Virus record (IMG/VR): IMGVR_UViG_3300003690_000003
Coordinates: 96,001-160,000 of that record
DNA: 64,000 nucleotides
DNA from: a virus
Reading direction: 5' to 3' (one strand)
A program made the position numbers and the translations under genes. Below, in pieces: positions 1 to 10,800 of the stretch. The notes below the pieces were generated by a model. It had not been told where the DNA came from and ran no database searches. It worked only from the letters and a program-made list of their open reading frames with translations. The stretch's first letter is position 1, and each line of letters starts with the position of its first letter.

Positions 1-2810
1 AAAGCTTCAAAAGAAACAATGTTGGCTAAAACCTTAGCAATCTCATCGTTAATCACGGGTAGCTGTTTTTTAATAATATCATAAGCAATGCCGTTGGAAT
101 GCATACAGCGCATATAAAGATCATAAGCAGCATACTCTTGCTGAATGTCTTTTAACTCTTTTTGCTGTTCCATTAGATTTGTTAACTTCTGTTCTAAAGA
201 GCCTTTAAGCTTATAATATTCTAAAACCATATTCTGACATGCCTTATGCTCTCCTATAAGACTTTCCATCACATCTAGCACACCCTGTCGCTGATTTGCA
301 AGATGTTCAAAGTTCTCTATATTTTCTCGATTATCTTTGTATTCTTCGATCTTTATTGCTAGCGTAGCTAGTTCGCTCTCATACGAAACAATCTTATTCT
401 TCTCTCTCGCATAGGACAACTGTAAATCCTTAAGATTACTTTCATTTATTGAATGACTGGTCGTTAGCTCATCATATTTTTTGCGCTTCAAGGCTGTCTT
501 TGCAGGGTTTAAATCTTCTAAAAACTTCTTAAGCTCTTTTGCTTCTTTAATACTATCGAGTATTTTGGTTTTAAGATCTGGAGCCTCTTTCTTGGCCTTG
601 TGAGCATCATGAATAAACTTACATTGTGGATACTCATTTCCACAAGGAACTTCGTCGAGTAACTTGAGTTTTGTACTCTTGGTATGGTAATCCCTTTGTA
701 GCAATCGGGCTTCGCTAACTATAGATTCCATCTCATCTTGTTTTATATCGATTAAATCTTGCTTCTGATCAAGCTCATCAATATCAAATCTATTAAGAAA
801 CTCGTCTAGATTACCAATATCGGCTTTAAGTTCTTGTATCTTTTCACCACGTTCTTTATTGGCCTCTTGAGCCCTAGATAGATTCGACTTTAGTTCAGCT
901 TTTCTTTGTTCAGCATCAATAATATCAACCACTTCGTAAGGAATTGAATCGATTAGATCGTTCACTTCATCTAGCTGGAAATCTTTCGTCGAGATCTCTT
1001 CTTGTACTCTCTCACAGCTTTCTTCTTGTTCCAGAAGCTGGCTGTTTGTCTTTTTGATTTCCTCTTTGGCGGCGCTTATATCCTCTTCGAAGTTACGATC
1101 ACCAATCCTACGCAGAACACCCTTCAGATCGGCGCTATCTTCCTTTGCAAGCTTGTATTTCTTCTCAAATACCTCCAGGTCTAAGAACTTGGCTAGAATC
1201 TCTTTACGGCGCGTAGAGCCCTCTTTAATGAAGGATAGCGAATCCAGTTGAGACGACATCGATGTTAAAAGAAAATCTTCTATCGTACCGAAATGCTTAC
1301 GAATAGCAGCATCGGTTTTCATCCTGGTAGTCTCGTTGAGACTGTGGTTCTCACTCATAACGGGATCGAAATAATCAAAATCTAAATCTGTTTTGGCCTC
1401 GTCGGTTACTTCACCTTTTAGCTTCTTAATATATTTTTCTGAGCGACGATTAATCGTATACACCTTATCGCCTATTTGAAGCTCTACTTTCCCAAAGCAG
1501 GCTGATTTATGCTGGTTGATTATGTTTAGATTTTTGCGCTCATTTTTTGATGTCGTATTGAATATAGTATATAAGAGGCCATCAACAATACTAGACTTGC
1601 CAGAAAAGTTCTTCCCAAAGATTCCGACAATACCGTTTAGCTTTTCGAAATCAACTCTATTATTATCGCCATAGTTAAATAAATTGTCCCACTCAAAGTT
1701 GTTCAGCTTCCAGTTAATGTTTCTTGCTACGTCTTCTGTGGCCTCGGCCATCTTGTTATATTTTTGATTCAGATTATTAACGCGCTCCATCATTTCATCT
1801 GATGCTTCATAGTCTTTAAGATATTCCTTCATTAATCTTTCCTGTACAGAGATATCTCGAAGATTTTCTTTGAAAAAACCATTGCCGTTTACATTAATGC
1901 TTCCTCTTTGGCCCGCAGCCCTATTCAAGAAAGTAATACTCTCCGGACTGAATCTATGCTTAGCAACCTCGACAGCCCTTTTCATTACATTTAAAGGAAG
2001 GTTGTTGTTGCTCACAAGCCGTACACGGGCCCCAGAGGGCATTGTCGTACCCCGGGGCATCCTACCCTTCGGAGTGAGTTCAATGGTCACAAAGGGCTTA
2101 GGATTGAGCAGCTTGACGTGTTTTACACGAAACTCGTCCTTGCTTTCTATCTCCCAAATCAGGAAGCCCTTGTCGTTTGTTTCGCCATGATTTTGCTGTA
2201 CAATCGATCCGCAGTAGCGGACACGACCTTCGGTGTCAAGAATCTGATTGGTCTTATGAATATCCCCAAGCATCGCATAATCATGGTTGGCAAAAATAGA
2301 TACATCATGATCACCATGCTCCATTACCCACCCAATATCTGTCTTTACTCCGGCAATCGATCCGTGGTAAACAGCAATATTAATCTTGGTAGGATCAGAT
2401 GGTTCAACCCAATTCTCCTCATCAAATATAGAAAGTACGTTCATCGTTAAATCTAAATCCATTTCAACTTCGCCTGAGTTTTTTAACAGATGAAGATGTG
2501 GATGCTGAAGTGCTTCGACGATTGGGGTAATCGCATCCTGTCGTGAGGAGTTACGTAGGTTACCATCGTGGTTTCCTAGGATTGCGTAAGTTGGTGCAAT
2601 GTCTGCGAGAGTTGATAAAAACTTCGAGCACATATCAACAAACTCTGGTGATATTTGTGTTTTAGTGTGGGCAATATCTCCACCAATATAAATGAAATCT
2701 ACTTTTTCTTTTCGTAACGTCTCATACATTTGTTCGAATATCTTCCGATATTCGAAATGATATTTTAAATTTTTGATGTGGATATCTGCGCAATGCGCAA
2801 TCTTATGCAT
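1..2810 (-). CDS. Fused Mre11/SbcD nuclease - Rad50/SbcC ATPase (T4 gp47+gp46-like); 3' end lies beyond the window
   Basis: Not in the ORF track because there is no stop in the window. Hand translation from the ATG at 2810 gives MHKIAHCADIH...GGDIAH...LGNHDG...LGDIHK (metallophosphoesterase motifs). The same frame continues through the junction to Walker A GKNFSGKS (~1590-1615), a Q-loop-like MSSQ, a coiled coil and a Cys pair at 621-644. Confidence 0.9.
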   Translation of the reverse strand, partial: MHKIAHCADIHIKNLKYHFEYRKIFEQMYETLRKEKVDFIYIGGDIAHTKTQISPEFVDMCSKFLSTLADIAPTYAILGNHDGNLRNSSRQDAITPIVEALQHPHLHLLKNSGEVEMDLDLTMNVLSIFDEENWVEPSDPTKINIAVYHGSIAGVKTDIGWVMEHGDHDVSIFANHDYAMLGDIHKTNQILDTEGRVRYCGSIVQQNHGETNDKGFLIWEIESKDEFRVKHVKLLNPKPFVTIELTPKGRMPRGTTMPSGARVRLVSNNNLPLNVMKRAVEVAKHRFSPESITFLNRAAGQRGSINVNGNGFFKENLRDISVQERLMKEYLKDYEASDEMMERVNNLNQKYNKMAEATEDVARNINWKLNNFEWDNLFNYGDNNRVDFEKLNGIVGIFGKNFSGKSSIVDGLLYTIFNTTSKNERKNLNIINQHKSACFGKVELQIGDKVYTINRRSEKYIKKLKGEVTDEAKTDLDFDYFDPVMSENHSLNETTRMKTDAAIRKHFGTIEDFLLTSMSSQLDSLSFIKEGSTRRKEILAKFLDLEVFEKKYKLAKEDSADLKGVLRRIGDRNFEEDISAAKEEIKKTNSQLLEQEESCERVQEEISTKDFQLDEVNDLIDSIPYEVVDIIDAEQRKAELKSNLSRAQEANKERGEKIQELKADIGNLDEFLNRFDIDELDQKQDLIDIKQDEMESIVSEARLLQRDYHTKSTKLKLLDEVPCGNEYPQCKFIHDAHKAKKEAPDLKTKILDSIKEAKELKKFLEDLNPAKTALKRKKYDELTTSHSINESNLKDLQLSYAREKNKIVSYESELATLAIKIEEYKDNRENIENFEHLANQRQGVLDVMESLIGEHKACQNMVLEYYKLKGSLEQKLTNLMEQQKELKDIQQEYAAYDLYMRCMHSNGIAYDIIKKQLPVINDEIAKVLANIVSFEA

Positions 2811-2821
2811 GCATGGGTTCC

Positions 2822-3763
2822 TTAAACCAGTATCGATCGTTGGAGTAGTTCATCGAAGTTCATTCGAGTTGCACTATTTTTTCTAGTCTCGAACTCTTTC
2901 TTCGGCATCTCTCCAAGATCCTTATACGGATCTATATCTATCTTATACAATTCTACATCATATGTCAAGAAGTTTTTGATGATTTCGAGTGCTTTTCTTT
3001 CTGCGTCCGGGTCGAGCGCAATATATACCGACGCGTCTTTCTGTACAATTTTTCTGAAGAGATGCGAATCCATACGCAAAGTAGACCCCAACAAAGGAAT
3101 ACTATTGCGGCTAGCCACAATGGCATCAAACACGCCCTCCACCAAAACTATGTCTGAGGTCCAGTCGATAGAAAGATCATTAAACACAACATCTCTATCG
3201 ACAGGTGGGTTTTTATATTTTGGATAGCCCCCATCGTATGTACGAGCAATAAAGTAATCAGCATTTCCATTCTCATTAAACGAAGGAATGATGATTCGAT
3301 TTTCGTATTCTCCCGATGAGCAGTACCCTATCTTCCACCAAATAATGTCTTTCTTCGCTATACCTCTCTCTTTTAAATACTTCCTCGCCATAAAACCTGT
3401 CGGCGGCATGTCTTTATTTGCCAGAGAAATATACTCTGCGGGGAGCGGAATAACCTGTTCGGGCTTTTTCTTCTTTTCGAAGTGGTCCAGTAGGTCCCAA
3501 CGATCCAAATCGCGATAATCTATTTCTGTCTCTAATCGTAACCAGTTCTGGCGATGTTTATATTCTCCGAACTTCCTAATAACATGATAGATGTTGCGGC
3601 CGCGCGTATCGCACACCCAACACTTATAGACGTTTTTTGCTAGATTAACTGAAAACTTAGGCTTGTGGTGGCTGCAATATGGACAGTTAAAAAGATATTC
3701 CCTGTTAGTTCGCCGGCTCTGGCCAAGTATTTCTCTTAAGATGAAAAGTTTTTGTTCTTCCAT
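2822..3763 (-). CDS. DNA primase (Zn finger + TOPRIM)
   Basis: N-terminal CPYC...CWVC zinc finger, RIIIP, YKNPP, TOPRIM motifs VLVEGVFD and IALDPDA, and KDLGE. Confidence 0.88.
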   Translation of the reverse strand: MEEQKLFILREILGQSRRTNREYLFNCPYCSHHKPKFSVNLAKNVYKCWVCDTRGRNIYHVIRKFGEYKHRQNWLRLETEIDYRDLDRWDLLDHFEKKKKPEQVIPLPAEYISLANKDMPPTGFMARKYLKERGIAKKDIIWWKIGYCSSGEYENRIIIPSFNENGNADYFIARTYDGGYPKYKNPPVDRDVVFNDLSIDWTSDIVLVEGVFDAIVASRNSIPLLGSTLRMDSHLFRKIVQKDASVYIALDPDAERKALEIIKNFLTYDVELYKIDIDPYKDLGEMPKKEFETRKNSATRMNFDELLQRSILV

Positions 3764-4269
3764 AAAGTATACCCAGCACGTGCAATAATCACACTATCGG
3801 CTCTATCATAATAGCCGGGCTTCGGATTGCCATGCTTAGTATATTCTACCTTAAACTCGGGTGCTATGTCAAGCAGAAACTTTAAAACTTCTTCTTTAGC
3901 CTTTGTTCCTCTGGGAATTTTAATACCGTTAAGTTTTCTCGCTTGGCTGGCACCTATGTATTGAGGGTCCATGTGAAAAACATCTCTAATCGCTAATGAC
4001 GCCATTCCATTAAATCGCTGCAGGAGAGCCATTGTTTTGCCACTTGAACCGCCGCTATTAAAAAATACAAAGGGTTCCTCAATCCATATCTCTTGCGCTG
4101 CTACTTGTAGAAATCTTACATCGGCCAAAAACTCTCTTAAAGTCTCTATCTTTTCAAAAAGTCCTTTGTTTTTTCGAAGATCACAGTGTTCACAAAAAAT
4201 TATTTCTCCGTGTTTACTAATACACGACACACCTATAATGCTTGTACTAATATCAAAACCTAAAAACAT
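3736..4269 (-). CDS. RuvC-like Holliday junction resolvase
   Basis: N-terminal LGFDISTSIIG, central IWIEE and C-terminal DRADSVIIA give the RNase H-fold acidic pattern; adjacent to primase. Confidence 0.8.
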   Translation of the reverse strand: MFLGFDISTSIIGVSCISKHGEIIFCEHCDLRKNKGLFEKIETLREFLADVRFLQVAAQEIWIEEPFVFFNSGGSSGKTMALLQRFNGMASLAIRDVFHMDPQYIGASQARKLNGIKIPRGTKAKEEVLKFLLDIAPEFKVEYTKHGNPKPGYYDRADSVIIARAGYTLWKNKNFSS

Positions 4270-5651
4270 TACATATCTAGCTTAAGCTTGAATGTCATAT
4301 CCCGGGCTTCGGTTTTCTTAACGGGGGTAGCGAGCTTAACAACTCCGATTATGTTCTGCTGTACATCATATAGGACTATTTGACTAATGTACGTTGTTTT
4401 CACAAAACTTCCTGTAGGATCATTATAATCTGAATACGTAGTATTTTTAATCCCTAATGCCTCATTTTCATAAAATCCGATTGGGCCGGCCTCAAAAACA
4501 CCTGCGCCACTTTCAGAAACAAAAGTTGGATTATTTGAATGATTAAGCTCATTTTTTCTAGCATGTGCAAACATGGTTATAGTGGGGGTAACTGTCGTTC
4601 CTTTATAACTCAAATTCCAGCTTGTCTCATCGTGATCTTGAGTTTGAGTGGCCGGGTCGATCGCGCCGTCGATGCCGGCAGCAAAATACTTCCACTGGGG
4701 GGAGTTAATGTCTCCGTCATACGTCTCCTGAAATACCGGGTCTACATCCCAGGAACCGGTTAATACTATAAATCCTTCATTATATAATATAACGCCGGCT
4801 ACAGAACCAGAACCTTCACCTTGAGCATAAGCTGTGCCGGAAACTTGAATAAGATTTCCATTTCTATTCTTATCTTGTAGTTCTGCTACCAAAGTACCAC
4901 TAATATAGGTTTTTAGACTCACAGAGCCTTTTTTAATCGAGGTACCATAAAAAATCGAAGGAATAGAAATAAGTGCAACATCCGTCGCTCCGAGTTCCGC
5001 CCCACTCGCTAACAAGTTTCTTAGAGAAGAAGATACAGCATATTGTGGACTTAGCTTTTTATAATAGTTTAACGTATTCTTTAACGCATATAAATGCGAA
5101 ACCGATCCAGAGCTTGATACTTCCAAAGGGCCGCTGCCATCGGGTCCAGATGCTGTTATAACCGAGGACTCAAGGCGCGACGCGGAGGCTAGCCAATACT
5201 CTCTAGAAATCGAAGCCGTCAGGGGATAAGTATGAGTCATCACATCCCCCAGATTATTATCAGTGTTGAAGCTAGTTGTGCTTACAGTTTTAAATGAAGT
5301 ACGCGTGCCATCTTTAACCACAAACGGCTGAATGATAGGATTGAGACCTTTATAAGTATCTCTCGGGTCTGTTCCGTTTGCGACTGCCGCTTCCAAGGCT
5401 GGGAGCTTTACTCCCAAAGCATTTGCCAAGGCGGGAGGTTGCATAGCGCTTCCAGAACGGTCCACGTTCTCTTCAAAAAGAGAAATATAGCCAGGGGCGC
5501 AACTAAGAACACTGCCCGTGAACGAACCACTCATAGGAATGTTTTTATTATAGTATGCTATTCCCTGATATATATCAAACTCTATCAGAGGGTAAGATCT
5601 GATTGAATTAATAAAAAGATCATTACTTTGAAACTTAAAGATGTATGACAT
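4269..5651 (-). CDS. Virion structural protein (baseplate/tail-collar type), paralog of 5682..6782
   Basis: C-terminal YISQIVLYD...VKLATPVKK...FKLKLD resembles the tail-collar fibre (DUF3751-like) C-half; rich in S/T/G; lies in the structural module. Confidence 0.6.
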   Translation of the reverse strand: MSYIFKFQSNDLFINSIRSYPLIEFDIYQGIAYYNKNIPMSGSFTGSVLSCAPGYISLFEENVDRSGSAMQPPALANALGVKLPALEAAVANGTDPRDTYKGLNPIIQPFVVKDGTRTSFKTVSTTSFNTDNNLGDVMTHTYPLTASISREYWLASASRLESSVITASGPDGSGPLEVSSSGSVSHLYALKNTLNYYKKLSPQYAVSSSLRNLLASGAELGATDVALISIPSIFYGTSIKKGSVSLKTYISGTLVAELQDKNRNGNLIQVSGTAYAQGEGSGSVAGVILYNEGFIVLTGSWDVDPVFQETYDGDINSPQWKYFAAGIDGAIDPATQTQDHDETSWNLSYKGTTVTPTITMFAHARKNELNHSNNPTFVSESGAGVFEAGPIGFYENEALGIKNTTYSDYNDPTGSFVKTTYISQIVLYDVQQNIIGVVKLATPVKKTEARDMTFKLKLDM

Positions 5652-5656
5652 TGTTC

Positions 5657-5678
5657 TCTACCTTTTTAATTAGGTAGA
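5657..5678 (-). promoter_or_regulatory. Candidate late-promoter motif CTAATTAA within a 7-bp hairpin that covers the RBS of 4269..5651
   Basis: Minus strand reads TCTACCT-AATTAAAA-AGGTAGA-GAACA-ATG, a perfect inverted repeat at 5657-5663/5672-5678. Confidence 0.55.
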
Positions 5679-5681
5679 ATA

Positions 5682-6782
5682 TTAATAATCCAATCGAACC
5701 CTGAGTGTGAACTCATCATCGGGAGTCTTTTTAAGCGGCTCGGATAACTTTGCAGTTGCTAGAAGTTCGTTATCTGCGGAATAAAGACCTATTGTGGTAA
5801 TATATGAAACAGGACTATCATTGCTATTATTTTTAACTACAAGTTTGCTTGCGTTAAGATAGGTTGGATTAGAGGAATAGTTAAACTCATTGTTGTTTGC
5901 ACGACAGAAATAAATCGTCGAGTTTAGTTCGGTTGTATTGTTGAAAGAAACGTTCACGAACCTATTTCGAAAAGTATCACAAGAGGCGCTAATGTATGAG
6001 CCGGTAAATTGCTGTTCCACCGTGGAGCCGGAAAGATTGCCCGCGGCATGCTCCAGGGCCCGGGTGGTAAAGACGCAATGAGCGGCCGCGGGTTGCTGGA
6101 CGTTGGCGTCGAATAGGGATGCCGTTAAAACGCATATACCAGCTTGATAAAAAACAAGGCCGGCCGGTATTCCGGTGGCGCTGGGCGAAGCTTCGTAGTA
6201 GGAGCCACTATAAAGAAGCCCATATTCGCCGGCCGGAGAATTAATCTTATAAGCATTAAGCCCTCCCACATCTTGAATAAGGCAGCTGCCCGAAGGGTTG
6301 ATCGCGAGACCCCCTGTTAATACCGTAAGTGAAAAACTGCCCTTTTTAATCTCGTCTTTACTAAGAAGTCGAGCAAAGTTAATAAAGATGCATTCCTTTA
6401 CTTTAGTACCCCCCGACAAATCACCGTCTTGGTCGAACTGGCGAATATTGCCGGTTACATCATAGCCAGCTAGCACTTGAGCCATTTCATTATAAATATT
6501 AATCTTCTTAGCCTGCTGAGGGTTGAGAGTTGAGGTAGGGCTTGAGGCCGAATATCCAGAGTTGGGCGAAAAACCAATCGTTAAATCAAAGACATGATTT
6601 GCCGAGGAACTTAAATAGGGATAATCATATACTGATTCAAACATCCCATGAGTGTAGTTTTTAATGTTATTATCGCCATAGGTTCCAGAAACAATCGTTC
6701 CTGTTAATGGAATCGCCTCGTGAAGCATCGTTCTTGTCGAAACTACATCATTGTTTAAAAGTGTTTTAAAAGTACTAGCCAT
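5682..6782 (-). CDS. Virion structural protein (baseplate/tail-collar type)
   Basis: Shares IKKGS, NEFNYSSNPT/NELNHSNNPT and the C-terminal YITTIGLY...AKLSEPLKK...LRVRLDY with 4269..5651. Confidence 0.6.
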   Translation of the reverse strand: MASTFKTLLNNDVVSTRTMLHEAIPLTGTIVSGTYGDNNIKNYTHGMFESVYDYPYLSSSANHVFDLTIGFSPNSGYSASSPTSTLNPQQAKKINIYNEMAQVLAGYDVTGNIRQFDQDGDLSGGTKVKECIFINFARLLSKDEIKKGSFSLTVLTGGLAINPSGSCLIQDVGGLNAYKINSPAGEYGLLYSGSYYEASPSATGIPAGLVFYQAGICVLTASLFDANVQQPAAAHCVFTTRALEHAAGNLSGSTVEQQFTGSYISASCDTFRNRFVNVSFNNTTELNSTIYFCRANNNEFNYSSNPTYLNASKLVVKNNSNDSPVSYITTIGLYSADNELLATAKLSEPLKKTPDDEFTLRVRLDY

Positions 6783-6791
6783 TATATTATC

Positions 6792-7755
6792 CTATATCTG
6801 CTTTACATATCTAATAGGAACTTCGACCCTATAACCCGTTGTAATCCCAGTTACGGCAATAAACGTATCGATAAACTTATAGGTTTCGCCGGCGGTTGTG
6901 CCGTCCATCGAGCCAATGACGTCGGCGCCAGAGGACCCTAGTACACTAAAAAGATAATCATTTGTTTTTTGTTTTTACTGAAGTAGAAGAGCCGATTCGA
7001 AAGCCAATCCGAGTGCCGCGGGGGCCGTCGAGGGGCGTCGTACTGCCGGCATTCAACGAGCTCACAAAACTAGAATCGCCCTGTGTTAAATAATATGTTG
7101 CTATATTATCATCATCAATAAAACTAACATCTGCCACTGTGGTGTTAACCGCTGACACCAAATAACCAAGTCTATTGTCCATTTCTACCAAATATTGAGT
7201 CTCTATTAAGTCGGGGTCAAGATTTAACTCCTGAGATATATCAGTAGTATTGAGGCCCTGATCTAGCTTAATCGAGTTCGGGCCAACGTCGCTGGCCGCA
7301 CGTGAGCCATTTAAAACTCCATCTAAATCCGCCGGAATATTTACAAAGTTCCCTGCGAGGCCATTAATCGTTGAAACGGTGTTATCATCTACCACAATAA
7401 TATACGTGTCTTCGCCAGCACCTGCGAGAGGAAACCGCGCCGAACCCTGAAAATAGTTAGGTATTATCACTGGTAAATATAACAGATCATCTCTGGAGAT
7501 ACTCAAAAGTTTTGATTTTACCGAGGAGGTGTTGTTAGTAAATGCTTCTAAAACTGGAGTTTGCAAAATCTGTAAGTCGTAATAGGCCGACCCACTGGGA
7601 TTATTTTTATCGTAAAGATTGTAGTTTATTTCATCATCAGCTAAAGCAAATTTGGTGATTTTAAAGGTGCCATCCCCTTTGGCCAATCGCATGCGGCCGG
7701 TATCAGTTAAAACGGCATCTAAAATAATATCGCCAGAGTTGTCTAAAAATGCCAT
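6792..7755 (-). pseudogene. Frameshifted virion structural gene (tail-collar-like N-terminus)
   Basis: ORF 6958..7755 (LTDTGRMRLAKG...ITKFALADDEINY) stops at AAA TGA inside an A-rich 7-bp duplication. The +1 frame continues NDYLFSVLG...YKFIDTFIAVTGITTGYRVEVPIRYVKQI to TAG at 6792-6794, filling the gap to the next gene. Confidence 0.75.
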
Positions 7756-7772
7756 AGTGTGAATCCTTCTTG

Positions 7773-7780
7773 TTAATTAG
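7773..7780 (-). promoter_or_regulatory. Candidate late-promoter motif CTAATTAA
   Basis: Same 8-mer as in three other intergenic gaps; 17 nt upstream of the ATG at 7755 and followed by an AAGGA SD. Confidence 0.5.
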
Positions 7781-7805
7781 TCTTTAATATTAAATAAATC
7801 CCATA

Positions 7806-10800
7806 TTAGGATTGTTCCTCGGGATTAATGATTGGAACCTCTTCTAGCCGCACATTTAAATCGAGCTTTTTACCAGTATTCTTGGATATTATTCTAACCT
7901 TAAATACCTTTTTATTGGTTGAAGCGTGATATTCTCCTAGGCCGTCGAGCCGCGGCGACCAAACACCATCTTCACTGCCTATATGGGTAGAACTTCCCAA
8001 TAAACCCTGTAATCCTGTCAAAGCTGCCGGATTCAACGCTGCAGTTTCAAATGGAGAGCCAGCATCCGCTGAGATAAGCTTTTGCGCAAAGGCTGCCCCG
8101 ATGTGAAGATACTTACGAAAAGGCTTTTTAACACCCTTAATAACTACACTATCATCAATATGATTAGAAATATAAAATACATTTACTATTGGGAACATTC
8201 TTCCGTTATCATCTACTATTTCCAAATGATAAATAGGAGAAGGTATTGATAAGCCTCCGTGATAATCTATGCACCTAAAAGTATAATAATATTTGGTATT
8301 GGGCTCTATAACATCATCGAAACTCATACTTGTCGCCCGGCGGCCACTTGGCAAAACGCCCGGCATTGTCGCATGTAGATGTGGTGCAAAATCTGCATAA
8401 GACATTGGTTTCTCTGTCATTCTATAAATCTCAAATGTTATATCTGTGTCATCAGAACCAAATATAATAGGAGGACCCGTAACCTTGCCGGTGTCAACGT
8501 TGACTACGGCTGGTCGCTGCTGGTACTCTCTTTGCACATCATAGCGAGGCCTGTCCTCCATTTCGTTTATCATAAACTTTTCAGGAGTAAATACATACTT
8601 TACGTTTTGAGTTTGCATTAAAAATCGTACTCTATTATTAACACCCTTAAATGGGACAGTCTCTATTTCGGGAAATACCGGAGGCAAATCTCTCACTTGG
8701 ACTGTATCAAACTCGTAATAAGGAGTTTCTATTATTTTGGCTGATATAAACTGATGTGCATAAAACGACTTTGCATAAATATTTCCAAAGTGAGAAACCT
8801 CCGTATAGTTGTAGCCAGAGGGCCACACCGCGGGGGATCCCGGCAGCTCTATGTTTTCATAACAATATTGATTCCCAATCACAAAGTTATATGCATATAT
8901 GATATATTTATACCTCACGCCATAATGAACTTGTGTATCAAAATATTTAATCTTATCCAACGCCATTACGTTTGGAAAATAGAAAGTTTGAAGAGGGTTA
9001 TTAATATCGTAAAGTGCCTTTCCGGTATTAGGATCCACTCCTGTAACTTTATGTTTGCAAACTTTAAAAGCCAAAGTTTCACTATAAGCTAGTTTTCCAT
9101 TTATCATTTCTAAATAAGATCGAGACTTTTTGCGTATAATGTTCTCAAAAGCCTGTAATATCGACTGAAAAGCTGCCGGGGTGGCCACCGTCTTATAATC
9201 AGCGCCGTCGTATACTATCTTAGGGCTCGACCTGTCCGAATCATAGCTTCCTACTTCGCTAGCGGTACCCGTACTCTGGCGCATGCCTTTTGGGCCCACC
9301 AAAATTCCACGGCCGCGCGCGATGCCCCTATATTTTATTTGACCAACCAGTGCACATGGTGTGGTGGCAGCCGTTGTCGGCGCCTCATTATTTGGTAATA
9401 AACTATCCTCGGTGCTGAGCGCCGGGAATCGGGGCACTTTGCGAGATAAGTTAGCATAATCAAGCATTCTTCCAACATCTAGACATCTAAGATTATACAG
9501 ACCTCTATCCCTATGGGGTCGCAGGCCCGATTCGCTCTCGGGAACTCCTCCCCACGTCATAAAGGGCGCTAGCGCGCCACCGCCATCTACCCAATCAAAC
9601 CCATAATAGGTATGTGTAGGAACGGTTCCCAACTGCATTCCTGGTGTGTCTGGGTCCTGATCCTCTGGAATAAACTCTGTAATTTGATTACTAAAATCTA
9701 TTGATTCATTGTAAGTATTGAAACCTTCTCCTCCGGTAGCCCCGGCATCCCAGTTATTCAGATTCATCAATACAAGATTGTTGGTAATAAAATCTGTTGC
9801 GCCCGGAATGCCTTCCAGACTCTCAATCAATTCTGTATTGACATCAAGGCCTGTCATAATCGTATCAAACTCTATTGCTACCCCGTATGGAAAGTCTTCA
9901 CGATCTTGATATCTAACAAAATCAGATTCCATCATATCTTTTGAAAACCCTATATGAGTATTGAGATATCTTAGCCACTTGGTTCCCGACGGGGCGCCGT
10001 GGGCTTTCAGCTCAGCAGAATACTTTTGAAGATAGCTTCTTTTAGGACTATCGTATCCTAGCTGAGCGATTTGATCGCGGCTGCTGGGCATCCCAAACTT
10101 ATTATATAGAGTACTCTGACGTTTTAAAACCCTTCGTACACCATCTCCGATGCGGTCGCCACCCCCAAAACGCTTTGCGGCGGCGGCGGATTTATAATCT
10201 ATGTAGTTATAAATCATATATGAGTTAGGCAAGAGCCTTTCATCTATATTTGAAGCTGATGTGGCAATCTCATAGTGTTTAGAAAAATAATTATATTTTG
10301 GCTCAATCTTAGCTACCTTAACTGTAGTGGGGGCTCCTGTGGTATGTATAGGGTGATTAGCGCCATAAGGAGTATAAAACTTATAAGCATGATCTTTAAA
10401 AAAACCATTATAATTGCCAACATATTGATGTAAAAAGCCCGGATATTCCGTCAGATCGTCATTGTCGATCCACGGGCTGGGGCTGAGTGTTGGGGGGGCC
10501 GGTCGTCGATGTAAACCCCAGAAGAGGTCCCATTTGGCGCCTTGGAGCGGCGCTCTCGTAAGGGACCATGGTTCTGTAATGCTATTAGTATCATCATCAG
10601 CAAAATTAGGCGGCACCTCCTCTGAAGCCAACACCCAGACCTCGTTGAGAGAATTGACAACAAGATACTTTTTTCGTGTAAGATTATTCATTTCCCGCGT
10701 ACCATTTGGGGGTAGTCCGCCGGCGCCAGTACCACCACCTGTGCCAGTCGTGTGATGGTAGGCGAGAGGAATCGACATGGACGCGTCGCCGAGGGAGGTG

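Noticed and set aside
1002-2450. Four plus-strand ORFs that appear to fill a gene-free region
   Set aside because: The region is occupied by the minus-strand Mre11-Rad50 gene, which the track omitted.
6964-6970. Classical -1 programmed frameshift at A AAA AAC
   Set aside because: The -1 frame reaches TAG within about 10 codons; the plausible continuation is in the +1 frame.
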